Below, piece by piece: positions 1 to 7,900 of a DNA stretch of 16,696 nucleotides. Source of the DNA: Promethearchaeota archaeon. Lineage in GTDB: Archaea; Asgardarchaeota; Lokiarchaeia; Sigyniarchaeales; SOKP01. How positions within the stretch are numbered: the first letter of the stretch is position 1; each line of letters begins with the position of its first letter. The position numbers and the translations under genes are program-made. Below the pieces are notes generated by a model, which was given only the letters and a program-made list of their open reading frames with translations, was not told the DNA's origin and searched no databases. Location: positions 1 through 16,696 of the forward strand of contig JBHLOI010000067.1 of the NCBI GenBank assembly GCA_048940645.1. Reading direction: 5' to 3'.

Positions 1-19
1 ATTTTTAAATTAAAATAAC

Positions 20-52
20 TAGTTTTATATAGTATAGTTTTATATAAAACAA
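20..52. promoter_or_regulatory. Palindromic operator/TATA region upstream of the PNPOx-MarR-GNAT operon (candidate MarR site)
   Basis: Perfect 14-bp palindrome GTTTTATATAAAAC (37-50) inside a near-palindrome TAGTTTTATATAAAACAA (35-52). The 12-mer TAGTTTTATATA occurs twice (20-31, 35-46) and contains a TATA-like TTTATATA. Confidence 0.5.
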
Positions 53-70
53 AAAATAGTGAATTTTAAT

Positions 71-532
71 ATGGATATTAATCAAGTAAAAAAAGAAAGT
101 TTAAAATTAATGGAAGAGTCCAAAGCAGCTTATCTTACCACCATTGACCATAATGGAGCTCCTATTACCAGAGCAATGCTTAATCTAAGAAATAAAGAGC
201 AATTTCCAGAATTTTCCTCATTTTTTAAAAAGCAAGAAAATAAATTTCTTATCTACATATCGACTAATACATCATCTTCTAAAATAACACATATCGAAAA
301 GAATCCATCTATTAATGTCTACTTTTGCGATCCAGATGATTTTAAAGGAGTAATGTTAGGAGGAAAGGCAGAAGTGATTGGAGATAAAAAGCTTAAACAT
401 GAAATCTGGCTGGATTGGTGGACTAGATATTACCCGGAAGGAGTAGAGGATCCAGACTATACACTATTACGTTTAAAACCTAAGAATCTTAGATATTACT
501 ATAGGCTAAATCAGGAAATTTTGGAATTGTGA
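71..532 (+). CDS. Pyridoxamine 5'-phosphate oxidase-like / general stress protein 26-like FMN-binding split-barrel protein
   Basis: Motifs AYLTTID..G.P.TRAM, STNTSSSKI..I..NP, GVML.G.AEV and YYPEGVEDPDY.LLRL.P. The ORF track starts at GTG 59, but ATG 71 is more likely. Confidence 0.85.
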   Translation: MDINQVKKESLKLMEESKAAYLTTIDHNGAPITRAMLNLRNKEQFPEFSSFFKKQENKFLIYISTNTSSSKITHIEKNPSINVYFCDPDDFKGVMLGGKAEVIGDKKLKHEIWLDWWTRYYPEGVEDPDYTLLRLKPKNLRYYYRLNQEILEL

Positions 533-538
533 AAAACC

Positions 539-985
539 ATGGAAACTCAAAAGCAAGGAGGGTTTTTAATTGCTAAAATACATCAGTTATCCCAGAGGAT
601 TTTCGCAAGAATTCTTAAGGATGAAAACTTTACTGATTTGAATCCTGCTCAAGGGAGAATTATGTTTGTTTTATGGCGAGAGAATAACATTTCTATCCAC
701 CAGCTTTCAAAAAGAACACTTTTAAGTAAATCAACTCTGACGTCAATGTTAGATAGACTCGAGCAAGCAGGATTTATAAAAAGAATTCCTTCTAAAAAAG
801 ATAGAAGAGAGATTTTAATTCAATTAACTGAAAAGAACAAATTACTTCAAGAAAAATACATAGATGTTTCAAAAAAGATGACCAAAATATATTACAATAA
901 TTTCACTGACGAAGAAATAAATAATTTTGAGGCTAAATTACAAAAAATCCTGGATAATTTGGTAAATTATGATACGAAAAATTAA
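539..985 (+). CDS. MarR family transcriptional regulator
   Basis: LNPAQGRIMFVLW, wHTH L.KSTLTSMLDRLEQAGFIKR and wing DRR...I.LT; 148 aa. Confidence 0.95.
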   Translation: METQKQGGFLIAKIHQLSQRIFARILKDENFTDLNPAQGRIMFVLWRENNISIHQLSKRTLLSKSTLTSMLDRLEQAGFIKRIPSKKDRREILIQLTEKNKLLQEKYIDVSKKMTKIYYNNFTDEEINNFEAKLQKILDNLVNYDTKN

Positions 986-1460
986 TAATCACAAGATATT
1001 CAAGGTTCTTGAAGCGGGATCTAACGAACAATTGAAGAATGTGCGTAGAATTTTTAAAGATTATTCTAATTATTTAAATATTGATCTTGAATTTCAGGAT
1101 TTTGAAGAAGAACTTAATAATTTACCTGGAGAATACAAGCCTCCACTTGGTTGCATTTTGTTAGCATTCTATAATAATACTTTAATAGGTTGTGTAGCGT
1201 TAAGAAAATTTGAAGAAAAAATTTGTGAAATGAAAAGACTTTATGTTAAACCCCAATTTCGAAGTAGAGGTTTTGGAAAAAACTTAGCTAAAGCAATAAT
1301 TAATAAGGCTATAAAAATTGGCTATAAATCTATGCGTTTGGATACTCTCCCCTTCATGAAGGAAGCAATTTCTTTATATAAATCTTTAGGTTTCAAAGAA
1401 ATGAAACCCTACAGATATAATCCTTTCAAAGGTGCAAAATTTTTTGAATTAGAATTATAA
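969..1460 (+). CDS. GNAT family N-acetyltransferase
   Basis: GCVALR..CEMKRLYVKP.FR.RG.GK.L (acetyl-CoA motif A), MRLDTL..M.EA..LY.SLGF and PYRYNP. Overlaps the marR stop by 17 nt. Confidence 0.93.
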   Translation: MIRKINNHKIFKVLEAGSNEQLKNVRRIFKDYSNYLNIDLEFQDFEEELNNLPGEYKPPLGCILLAFYNNTLIGCVALRKFEEKICEMKRLYVKPQFRSRGFGKNLAKAIINKAIKIGYKSMRLDTLPFMKEAISLYKSLGFKEMKPYRYNPFKGAKFFELEL

Positions 1461-1534
1461 TATTTCTAAAAAATCTATTAAGGATTTCATACATAGAAAA
1501 ATTATAAATATCAATAGAATTAATTAATATTATT

Positions 1535-2356
1535 ATGCCGTATGCTGATATAAATGGAATTAAGATATATTATGAAATTCATGGAGAGGGTTATCCATTA
1601 TTTTTATTACATGGATATGGTGCCACGCATGAGATTTGGATTGGACAAGTTAGACCTTTATCGGAGCATTTTAAAGTAATAATATATGATTCTCGCAGTT
1701 CGGGGAAGTCAGACCACCCTGAAGAATCTTTTACTTTAGATACGCTTGTTGAGGATCTAAAAGGAATGATGGATTTTTTAGAAATTGAGAAAACACACAT
1801 TATAGGTCAATCCATGGGTGGGTGGGTCACTCAGAACTTTGTCTTAAAATACCCAAAACGTATTAATAGAATTGTTTTATTAGGTACGAACCATAAAGGT
1901 GATGGAATTCATATTTTTAAAAATACTCTGTTAGATCTTTATGAACTCGCAAAAGAGAATAAAGAACAAGCTTATTGGAAATATGCTAAGTTGACACATC
2001 ATAGGAAAATTATTAAAGAAATGCAAGCCGATCCAAAGAAAAAATTCCATGGATTATGGTCTGCAGAAGACCTAATGAAAGAATTAACTGAGAATCAAAT
2101 GGAGCCAAAAGATTATGAAAATCTTGCTAATGCTATCGAAACTCATAGTGTATTAGATAGATTAGGAGAAATTATGAATCCCGTTCTTTTAGTGTGTGCC
2201 AGCAATGATAAGTTATCTCCTAAATTGGTTATGGATGAGATGCATGATAAATTACCAAATTGCTCCATTGAATATATCGATAATACTGCTCATCATGTGT
2301 TCCTAGAAGAAGCTCCAAAAGTAAATGAATTAATAATAAAATTTTTGAAAGTTTAA
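1535..2356 (+). CDS. Alpha/beta hydrolase (lactone hydrolase/esterase-like)
   Basis: GEGYPLFLLHG, nucleophile elbow GQSMGG, acid in NDKL and His in TAHH..EE.P, giving a complete triad. Confidence 0.93.
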   Translation: MPYADINGIKIYYEIHGEGYPLFLLHGYGATHEIWIGQVRPLSEHFKVIIYDSRSSGKSDHPEESFTLDTLVEDLKGMMDFLEIEKTHIIGQSMGGWVTQNFVLKYPKRINRIVLLGTNHKGDGIHIFKNTLLDLYELAKENKEQAYWKYAKLTHHRKIIKEMQADPKKKFHGLWSAEDLMKELTENQMEPKDYENLANAIETHSVLDRLGEIMNPVLLVCASNDKLSPKLVMDEMHDKLPNCSIEYIDNTAHHVFLEEAPKVNELIIKFLKV

Positions 2357-2361
2357 TTCAA

Positions 2362-2372
2362 TTTTTTTCTTT
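2362..2372 (+). terminator. Oligo-T archaeal-type terminator
   Basis: TTTTTTTCTTT begins a few nt after the hydrolase stop. Confidence 0.4.
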
Positions 2373-2404
2373 CTAGTCTCAATTAATACAGTAAATGATC
2401 TATA

Positions 2405-3034
2405 ATGGTGGTATGTAAATTTTTAGGAAATGCGTGTATAGAATTAATTGGAGTAAATGACAATATCATCATTGATCCTGTTTTTTTATCTCCTCCTCGA
2501 AAAGGAATTGAACGGATTTTTATTACCCATCACCACCAAGATCATATTGAATTAAGTAAAATAAAAGAGATAGAGGAAAAATTTTCAGTAGAAGGGACTG
2601 AACTTGAGATATATGGCCCAGAATGCATATATGAAGAGTTGAATGTTGAATTTATTTTAATTATTCCTAATTTTAAAATATCATTACATAACGGTGAAAT
2701 TGAAGTATTTGAAAACAACTGTTGGAAAGCAGAGGGCTGTGTAGCTTATTTAATATCAATTGACAACAAGAAAATTTTGCATACTGCCGATTCAGCTACT
2801 TTTTCAGATGGATTAAGAACTCTTAAAAATCAAGTTGATTTGTGTTTTGTTGCTTGTTTTGAAGAAAATTTTGCAGATTATTTGAATTTCATAAAAGAAA
2901 TTTCGCCAAAACAAGTAATTCCATATCACTTTTCAACTGGAAAAGAACAAAACGGTAAAAAATTAAGTGAATATTTGAAAGATAATGGTTTTAATTCATT
3001 ATTCCTTTCAATTGGTGAGGAGTTAGAACTCTAA
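2405..3034 (+). CDS. Metallo-beta-lactamase fold hydrolase (UlaG/UPF0173-like)
   Basis: LGNAC, IIIDP, THHHQDH (HxHxDH), HTADS (HxGD variant) and VIPYH. Confidence 0.88.
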   Translation: MVVCKFLGNACIELIGVNDNIIIDPVFLSPPRKGIERIFITHHHQDHIELSKIKEIEEKFSVEGTELEIYGPECIYEELNVEFILIIPNFKISLHNGEIEVFENNCWKAEGCVAYLISIDNKKILHTADSATFSDGLRTLKNQVDLCFVACFEENFADYLNFIKEISPKQVIPYHFSTGKEQNGKKLSEYLKDNGFNSLFLSIGEELEL

Positions 3035-3579
3035 TGGAAAAGTTAAATGATCTTACTGTTCCATTGTTGAATAGGCTAGCAAAAGAATGTGGAGTTCAAT
3101 TTAAAAAAGGAGCTAAAAAGCCAGATAAAATTGCGACATTGGAAAATGCTGGAATCCCTAAGGAGAAAATGGAACAACTTATAACAAAATACTTAGCAAA
3201 GAAAGGAATTAAAAAAAGGAGTAGTAAAGATACTATTTTAGAATTAAAAGGCAGAATCAGATTACTTGAAGACCAAGTAAGATTCCTAATGTCAAAAATT
3301 AGTGTTACTGAAGTAAAAATTTTAAAAGATAAGGACAGAGATCTAATAACAATAACAAGTAATTTATCAGATATCAAGAAATTCATTAAATCTATGTTGT
3401 CACCAGGAGAATCCATAACTATAGATGATTTAATAGAAATAAAAGAACTGCAAAAAATCCCCTTAATTACAGTAAAACATGCTATTTATGATTTAATTGA
3501 GGAGGGAATTTTCGAGGTTTCAGAAGGGAGCTCGAGACAAAAAATAGGAGGAAAGATTGGTTTATTGACAAGACTTTAA
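3034..3579 (+). CDS. Hypothetical protein with N-terminal Rho-N/SAP/HeH-like motif, coiled coil and C-terminal winged HTH; putative nucleic-acid binder
   Basis: LNDLTVPLLNRLAKECGV..K.D.I..L resembles the Rho-N/HeH pattern. Heptads in ILELKGRIRLLEDQVRFL. SITIDDL...VKHAIYDLIEEGIFEV is wHTH-like. TAATG overlap with the upstream gene. Confidence 0.65.
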   Translation: MEKLNDLTVPLLNRLAKECGVQFKKGAKKPDKIATLENAGIPKEKMEQLITKYLAKKGIKKRSSKDTILELKGRIRLLEDQVRFLMSKISVTEVKILKDKDRDLITITSNLSDIKKFIKSMLSPGESITIDDLIEIKELQKIPLITVKHAIYDLIEEGIFEVSEGSSRQKIGGKIGLLTRL

Positions 3580-3588
3580 GAAGGATTT

Positions 3589-4608
3589 CTATAATTTGAT
3601 ATCCTTGCCACAGTATGGGCATATTTTGGCTGGGAGATCAACCAAATTCTCACAAAAAGAACACTTTATTTTATCAATTTTATCCATTTCATTCATTCTT
3701 AAACTTAAAATAAATTCATTTATGTAATCGTGATTTACAATTAAATACTTACCATCAATAATAAACTCAAATTTTTTTGCCCATTCAAAAACTTTGTCAG
3801 TAAATGTTTTTTCATCCATTTCTAATGCGGTTCGCATCATATCCAATTTAATTCGATCAGAGACCTCTACCATTGAGTATACTTTTTCAATTCTCTCTTT
3901 TTCTAGTTCCGTTAATCTAATCTGTTCAGAATCCTTATATGCCTTAACTTGATATAATAATTCGAGAAGCTTTTCTGTTTTATGTTTGTCCCTTATTAAA
4001 TATTTCATCCGTTTTTTAAGAGGCAGTAAAGTATATATTTTATCATCCTTAGTTATTAGTTTTATGAACACATTTGAACTTTTTATCTCTTCTAATACTT
4101 CTTTAATGTTTAAGACTTTTATTTGACTTAAATATTCTTCTTTAAGTGGTTTAAAAGAGATTATATTCTCTGTTAATAAGATTATTCCTTTCTTCAAGTT
4201 CAATTTCCAATTTATTGTTGGTGGAGATCCCTCCCAAAATGCACCCTTAGTTTCAAATAAAATTGGCCTCTCATTCTTAATATACAATCGAGTAATCTGT
4301 CTAAACAAATTTTCTGTTAAACTTTTTGAATAAGAGCGACTACTATCTTTAACAAGACGTGGAAAAAAAGTATACGTATTTCCTTGGGAATTTATTAGTT
4401 CAATAACAGGAATTCTATATCTCTTACTAATATAAAAACCTTTAATTTCAGACAGTTTAACTTCATACAGAATTTTATCAATATCTGATTGGAAAGATAA
4501 TTTTGTTTCGGTTAATTGGATAGTTACTCTTGCTCTTTTTGAAGTTAGAGCCCTAAAGGTTGGTATTCCGGAATTAAAGTTCCCAAAAGATTCAAAATGG
4601 AGTACCAT
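3589..4608 (-). CDS. Hypothetical protein with two tandem PH/GRAM-like domains, a winged-helix (PCI-like) domain and a C-terminal Zn ribbon
   Basis: Internal repeat (F.S.G.F..G.P...I.LTE..LSF...YTFFP / F.T.G.F..G.P...I.LTE..ISF...YTLLP). RIKLDMMRTALEMD...EWAKKF..IIDG..L is WH-like. Ends CSFC...CPYCG. Confidence 0.65.
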   Translation of the reverse strand: MVLHFESFGNFNSGIPTFRALTSKRARVTIQLTETKLSFQSDIDKILYEVKLSEIKGFYISKRYRIPVIELINSQGNTYTFFPRLVKDSSRSYSKSLTENLFRQITRLYIKNERPILFETKGAFWEGSPPTINWKLNLKKGIILLTENIISFKPLKEEYLSQIKVLNIKEVLEEIKSSNVFIKLITKDDKIYTLLPLKKRMKYLIRDKHKTEKLLELLYQVKAYKDSEQIRLTELEKERIEKVYSMVEVSDRIKLDMMRTALEMDEKTFTDKVFEWAKKFEFIIDGKYLIVNHDYINEFILSLRMNEMDKIDKIKCSFCENLVDLPAKICPYCGKDIKL

Positions 4609-4689
4609 TCTATATTCATAAAAAAAAATTTAGTAATAAATAATTTTACTTTCAAATATAATTTTAAAAAATTTATAAATTTGCATTCC

Positions 4690-4719
4690 TAGAAGAACTA
4701 AAAAGAAAATGTTCTTCTA
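4690..4719. promoter_or_regulatory. Inverted repeat (candidate operator) downstream of a TATA box
   Basis: TAGAAGAAC-N12-GTTCTTCTA with perfect 9-bp arms, between TTTATAAA (4672-4679) and ATG 4752. Confidence 0.45.
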
Positions 4720-4751
4720 ATATATAGAACACAGAGAAGAGGTTTAGAATT

Positions 4752-5540
4752 ATGGAAATTGTAGATCTTACTGAAGATTATAAAAAAACTTATTTAGTTT
4801 GCTTAGAAGACTGGTCAGATGAGATGAAAGAGGCAGGGGATCATAAAGGTAAGTGGTATGAAAAAATGAAAGAAAAAGGATTAGGTGTTAAACTTGCTGT
4901 AGATGATAATAAAACCGCTATTGGCATGATTGAATATATTCCAATTGAATATTCTAATGCGGAAGGTAAGGATTTATACTTTATAGATTGTATTTGGGTT
5001 CATGGTTATGATGAGGGAATCGGAAATCATCAAAAAAAAGGTGTTGGTAAAGCTTTGCTCCAAGCTGCTGAAGAAGATGCGAAATCGAGAGGGGCAAAGG
5101 GGATAGTAGCATGGGGGCTTTCAATGCCGTTCTGGATGAAAGCTTCATGGTATAAAAAACAAGGTTATGTTAAAGTTGATAAAGAAAGCATCGCAGTTCT
5201 GCTATGGAAGCCATTCAGTAATGATGCAATCCCTCCTAAATGGATTAACCAAAAGAAAACACCCCAAAAAATCCCTGGTAAAGTAACGGTTACTGCTTTT
5301 ATTAACGGTAATTGTCCTGCTCAAGCTATTGTCTATGAAAGAGCAAAAAAAGCTGCCTTAGATTTTGGGGATAATGTGGTATTTCAGGAAATTAACACAT
5401 CTAACAGAGAAACTTTTCTAGAATGGGGAATCTTCTCTGGCCTATTTATTGATGGCAAGGAAATCAGAACTGGACCCCCTCCTTCTTATGAAGATATTAA
5501 AAAGAAAATCGGTAAAAAGACTAAGAAATTAAAAAAATAA
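4752..5540 (+). CDS. YoaP-like GNAT acetyltransferase with C-terminal thioredoxin-like domain
   Basis: GMIEYIP.E, IDCIWV, QKKGVGKALL..AE.DA and WYKKQGY, then VTVTAF.NGNCP...LFIDG. AGAGG SD-like sequence upstream. Confidence 0.82.
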   Translation: MEIVDLTEDYKKTYLVCLEDWSDEMKEAGDHKGKWYEKMKEKGLGVKLAVDDNKTAIGMIEYIPIEYSNAEGKDLYFIDCIWVHGYDEGIGNHQKKGVGKALLQAAEEDAKSRGAKGIVAWGLSMPFWMKASWYKKQGYVKVDKESIAVLLWKPFSNDAIPPKWINQKKTPQKIPGKVTVTAFINGNCPAQAIVYERAKKAALDFGDNVVFQEINTSNRETFLEWGIFSGLFIDGKEIRTGPPPSYEDIKKKIGKKTKKLKK

Positions 5541-5567
5541 GGTTATGTTATTTTTATTTTATTATTA

Positions 5568-6359
5568 TTAATAAGGATCTAATTTTATAAATGAATATGG
5601 CTCGAATTTTTCCTGCTCTATTTCAGCTACGATTTCTCCTGGTTGCATTTGACTATTACACTTTAAATACATACAACCAAGCACTCTTTCTACTTCTAGC
5701 TCACTCCAAGGATCATATTTAGATTCATTTAATTTCACTTCAGCTTCACCCATAAGAAGTTCAGCTGCTTGCATTGTTATTTCTTCTCTCACTAAACGTG
5801 GATTGTAATCAAATCCTTCATAAAGTGGTGACCTAAAATATTTATAATTGTAAATAGTACTACCTGGTTTATTTGGGTCTAATCCTAAATCTAATGAAAT
5901 CTTCAAAGCATCTTTTTCATTTAGTTTGTTGTTAAGGTTCGCTTTTAATTCAAAATATTGTATTCCATGTCGTTCAACCCATCCTTCGAATTTTTTTTCA
6001 TCTTTTTTAAAATGGATATTAGCAATTTTTTTTGGATAACCAAATACTTCTCGTCCTCCAATCATTGCCATATCGTTATCTACTGGCATTGCAAGACAGT
6101 AAACCCCGATTACACCACCATATTCTCCAAACAAAAAGAGAGCTGCTTCTTTATAAATTACACCAAAATTCGTTCTAGGGTAATTGGCAATCATAGCCTG
6201 TACTACTGGATACTTAGCTGGTTTTAAAGGGGGTGGAAGTAAATGCTTAACTATTTCTGGTTTAGTCTCCCAAAATACCGTCAAAAATTCTGCATCATAA
6301 AAATCAAATGAACTTCTTCTTAATTCTTCTAATTCTTTTGGAGTTTTTACAAAACCCAT
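5568..6359 (-). CDS. Acetoacetate decarboxylase family protein
   Basis: LLPPPL.P, Y.EAAL, and GGREVFGYPKK carrying the Schiff-base Lys; DPW.ELEV. Confidence 0.9.
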   Translation of the reverse strand: MGFVKTPKELEELRRSSFDFYDAEFLTVFWETKPEIVKHLLPPPLKPAKYPVVQAMIANYPRTNFGVIYKEAALFLFGEYGGVIGVYCLAMPVDNDMAMIGGREVFGYPKKIANIHFKKDEKKFEGWVERHGIQYFELKANLNNKLNEKDALKISLDLGLDPNKPGSTIYNYKYFRSPLYEGFDYNPRLVREEITMQAAELLMGEAEVKLNESKYDPWSELEVERVLGCMYLKCNSQMQPGEIVAEIEQEKFEPYSFIKLDPY

Positions 6360-6488
6360 TATAATTCACTTTTTGTATTGAAATTCGATTAATAAAATAT
6401 GTAATTTGGTTGTTTAAAAAATTATTGTAAATTGAATTTATTTAATTGGCAACTAACCTTTTTACTGTTTTTACTTATTTAACAAGAT

Positions 6489-6517
6489 AATAACTTTCCG
6501 GAGAACCGGAAGTTATT
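6489..6517. promoter_or_regulatory. GC-containing inverted repeat in the adc / AbrB-arsM divergent intergenic region
   Basis: AATAACTTTCCGG-AGAA-CCGGAAGTTATT: 12-bp stem with a 1-nt bulge. Contains CGGAGAACCGGAAG. Confidence 0.5.
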
Positions 6518-6595
6518 TTATACTTACTAACTTGATATACCTTTTAAAACTAATTAATTTCAAACTTTTTAATTAAATTAATATAATATAGCAAT

Positions 6596-6630
6596 TCGGA
6601 TATATCGGATATCCGGAAGATTTATATATT
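6596..6630 (+). promoter_or_regulatory. Promoter of the AbrB-arsM operon: CGGA repeats abutting a TATA box
   Basis: TCGGATATATCGGATATCCGGAAG (CGGA at 6597, 6606, 6614; palindrome CGGATATCCG) is followed by TTTATATA at 6621-6628, about 25 nt before ATG 6651. Confidence 0.55.
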
Positions 6631-6650
6631 AAGATAGATATTTAGTACCT

Positions 6651-6965
6651 ATGAATAATAATTCTGATCAAACTTCTTGTTGTGACTCTGTAGATACAAA
6701 ATCAGGATGTTGTAATATTGAATCAGTGGTAACCGTTGATAATAAAGGCCAAATCTATCTTTCAAAAGAAATTAGAGACAAATTTAACATTGAAAAAGGA
6801 GATAAATTAGTAGTAGTTAGTATGTTTAAGGATGGTTTACCATGTTGTATGAACTTAATCAAAGCAGACTCTTTTGGAGGTATGGTTCGAAGATTTCTCA
6901 GTCCTGTTATGGAGGAAATAATACAAGGTAATAATATACAAGAAGTTGAGAAAAAGCGTATTTAA
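6651..6965 (+). CDS. hgcC: Cys-rich AbrB/MazE/SpoVT-fold protein, HgcAB-associated HgcC-like
   Basis: AbrB core VVTVDNKGQIYLSKEIRDKFNIEKGDKL, flanked by GCCNIESV and KDG.PCC..LIKAD as I recall for the HgcC family. Three vicinal Cys pairs. Confidence 0.75.
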   Translation: MNNNSDQTSCCDSVDTKSGCCNIESVVTVDNKGQIYLSKEIRDKFNIEKGDKLVVVSMFKDGLPCCMNLIKADSFGGMVRRFLSPVMEEIIQGNNIQEVEKKRI

Positions 6966-6993
6966 ATCTATAAAAAATAATGAGGTAAAACCT

Positions 6994-7878
6994 ATGGTAG
7001 AATTAGATGATGAAAAAATAAGAAAAATAGTAAGAGAAAGTTATGGAAAAATAGCAGATCGAAATAAAGGATATAGCTGTTGTTCACCTTCTTCGAGTTC
7101 AACTCAAACTTCTTCAAGTTCTTGTTGTGGAGATGTTAGTCTGACGCAAAACTATAGCTCTAGAATTGGTTATTCTGAAGAAGAACTTAGAAGTGTACCT
7201 GAAGGTGCAAATTTAGGGTTAGGATGTGGAAATCCTACTGCACTTGCTTCTATAAAAGAAGGAGAAGTCGTTGTAGATCTTGGCTCAGGAGCAGGTTTTG
7301 ATTGTTTCCTTGCAGCAAATAAAGTTGGAAAAAGTGGTAAAGTAATTGGAATTGATATGACTGCACAAATGATTGATTCAGCTCGAGAAAATGCTAAAAA
7401 AGGTGATTATGAAAATATTGAGTTCCGACTCGGTGAAATCGAAAATTTACCAGTCGCTGACAACACCGCTGACCTTATAATTTCAAATTGCGTAATTAAT
7501 CTTTCTCCAGATAAAGAAAGAGTGTTCCATGAAGCTTTTCGAGTTTTAAAATCAGGAGGTAGAATGATGATTTCTGATATCGTTTTAACAGAAGAATTAC
7601 CATATTTATTAAAGCAGAATTTAGAGGCATATGTTAGCTGTGTATCAGGAGCCCTTCTAAAGGAAAAGTATATCAGCATCATCCAAGATGTTGGATTTCA
7701 AAACATCGAAATAGTGGGAGAATCTTATTTTCCAATCCAATACATGATAACAGATCATAATGTGAATGAATTCAAGGATAAATTTAATTTAACTCCTGAA
7801 CAAGTTGAAGAAATTCGGAACTTCAATGGTGCAGTAATAAGCTTGAAAGTTAAGGCATTTAAACCTAATAATAATTAA
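6994..7878 (+). CDS. arsM: Arsenite S-adenosylmethionine methyltransferase
   Basis: VRESYGKIA, N-terminal CC pairs, GANLGLGCGNP, SAM motif VDLGSGAGFD, ISNCVINLSPDK and SCVSGAL (catalytic Cys set present). SD GAGGT at 6982-6986 favours ATG 6994 over TTG 6946. Confidence 0.95.
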   Translation: MVELDDEKIRKIVRESYGKIADRNKGYSCCSPSSSSTQTSSSSCCGDVSLTQNYSSRIGYSEEELRSVPEGANLGLGCGNPTALASIKEGEVVVDLGSGAGFDCFLAANKVGKSGKVIGIDMTAQMIDSARENAKKGDYENIEFRLGEIENLPVADNTADLIISNCVINLSPDKERVFHEAFRVLKSGGRMMISDIVLTEELPYLLKQNLEAYVSCVSGALLKEKYISIIQDVGFQNIEIVGESYFPIQYMITDHNVNEFKDKFNLTPEQVEEIRNFNGAVISLKVKAFKPNNN

Positions 7879-7885
7879 AATTAAC

Positions 7886-7900
7886 TTTTTTTCTTCTTTT
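7886..7900 (+). terminator. Oligo-T terminator after arsM
   Basis: TTTTTTTCTTCTTTT shortly after the stop. Confidence 0.45.

Noticed and set aside
530-541. The only TGA stop among the called genes is in frame with the marR ATG (TGA AAA ACC ATG), suggesting Sec or readthrough fusion
   Set aside because: Both proteins are full length for their families, the position is not a Cys-equivalent site, no SECIS was recognised, and in-frame adjacency is expected one time in three.
6360-6650. tRNA, ncRNA or CRISPR in the larger intergenic regions (also 15738-16011)
   Set aside because: Too AT-rich, with no cloverleaf or repeat-spacer periodicity. Only short operator-like motifs are present.
6651-6965. 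AbrB/MazE protein as the antitoxin of a TA system
   Set aside because: No PIN/VapC or MazF toxin is adjacent. The Cys-rich pattern and arsM linkage fit a metal-related role better.
6946-6993. TTG-started N-terminal extension of arsM overlapping the AbrB gene
   Set aside because: ATG 6994 has a well-spaced GAGGT SD and gives a typical ArsM N-terminus.
6651-7878. Mercury methylation locus
   Set aside because: No HgcA cap-helix motif (NVWCAAGK) or HgcB ferredoxin is present in the window.
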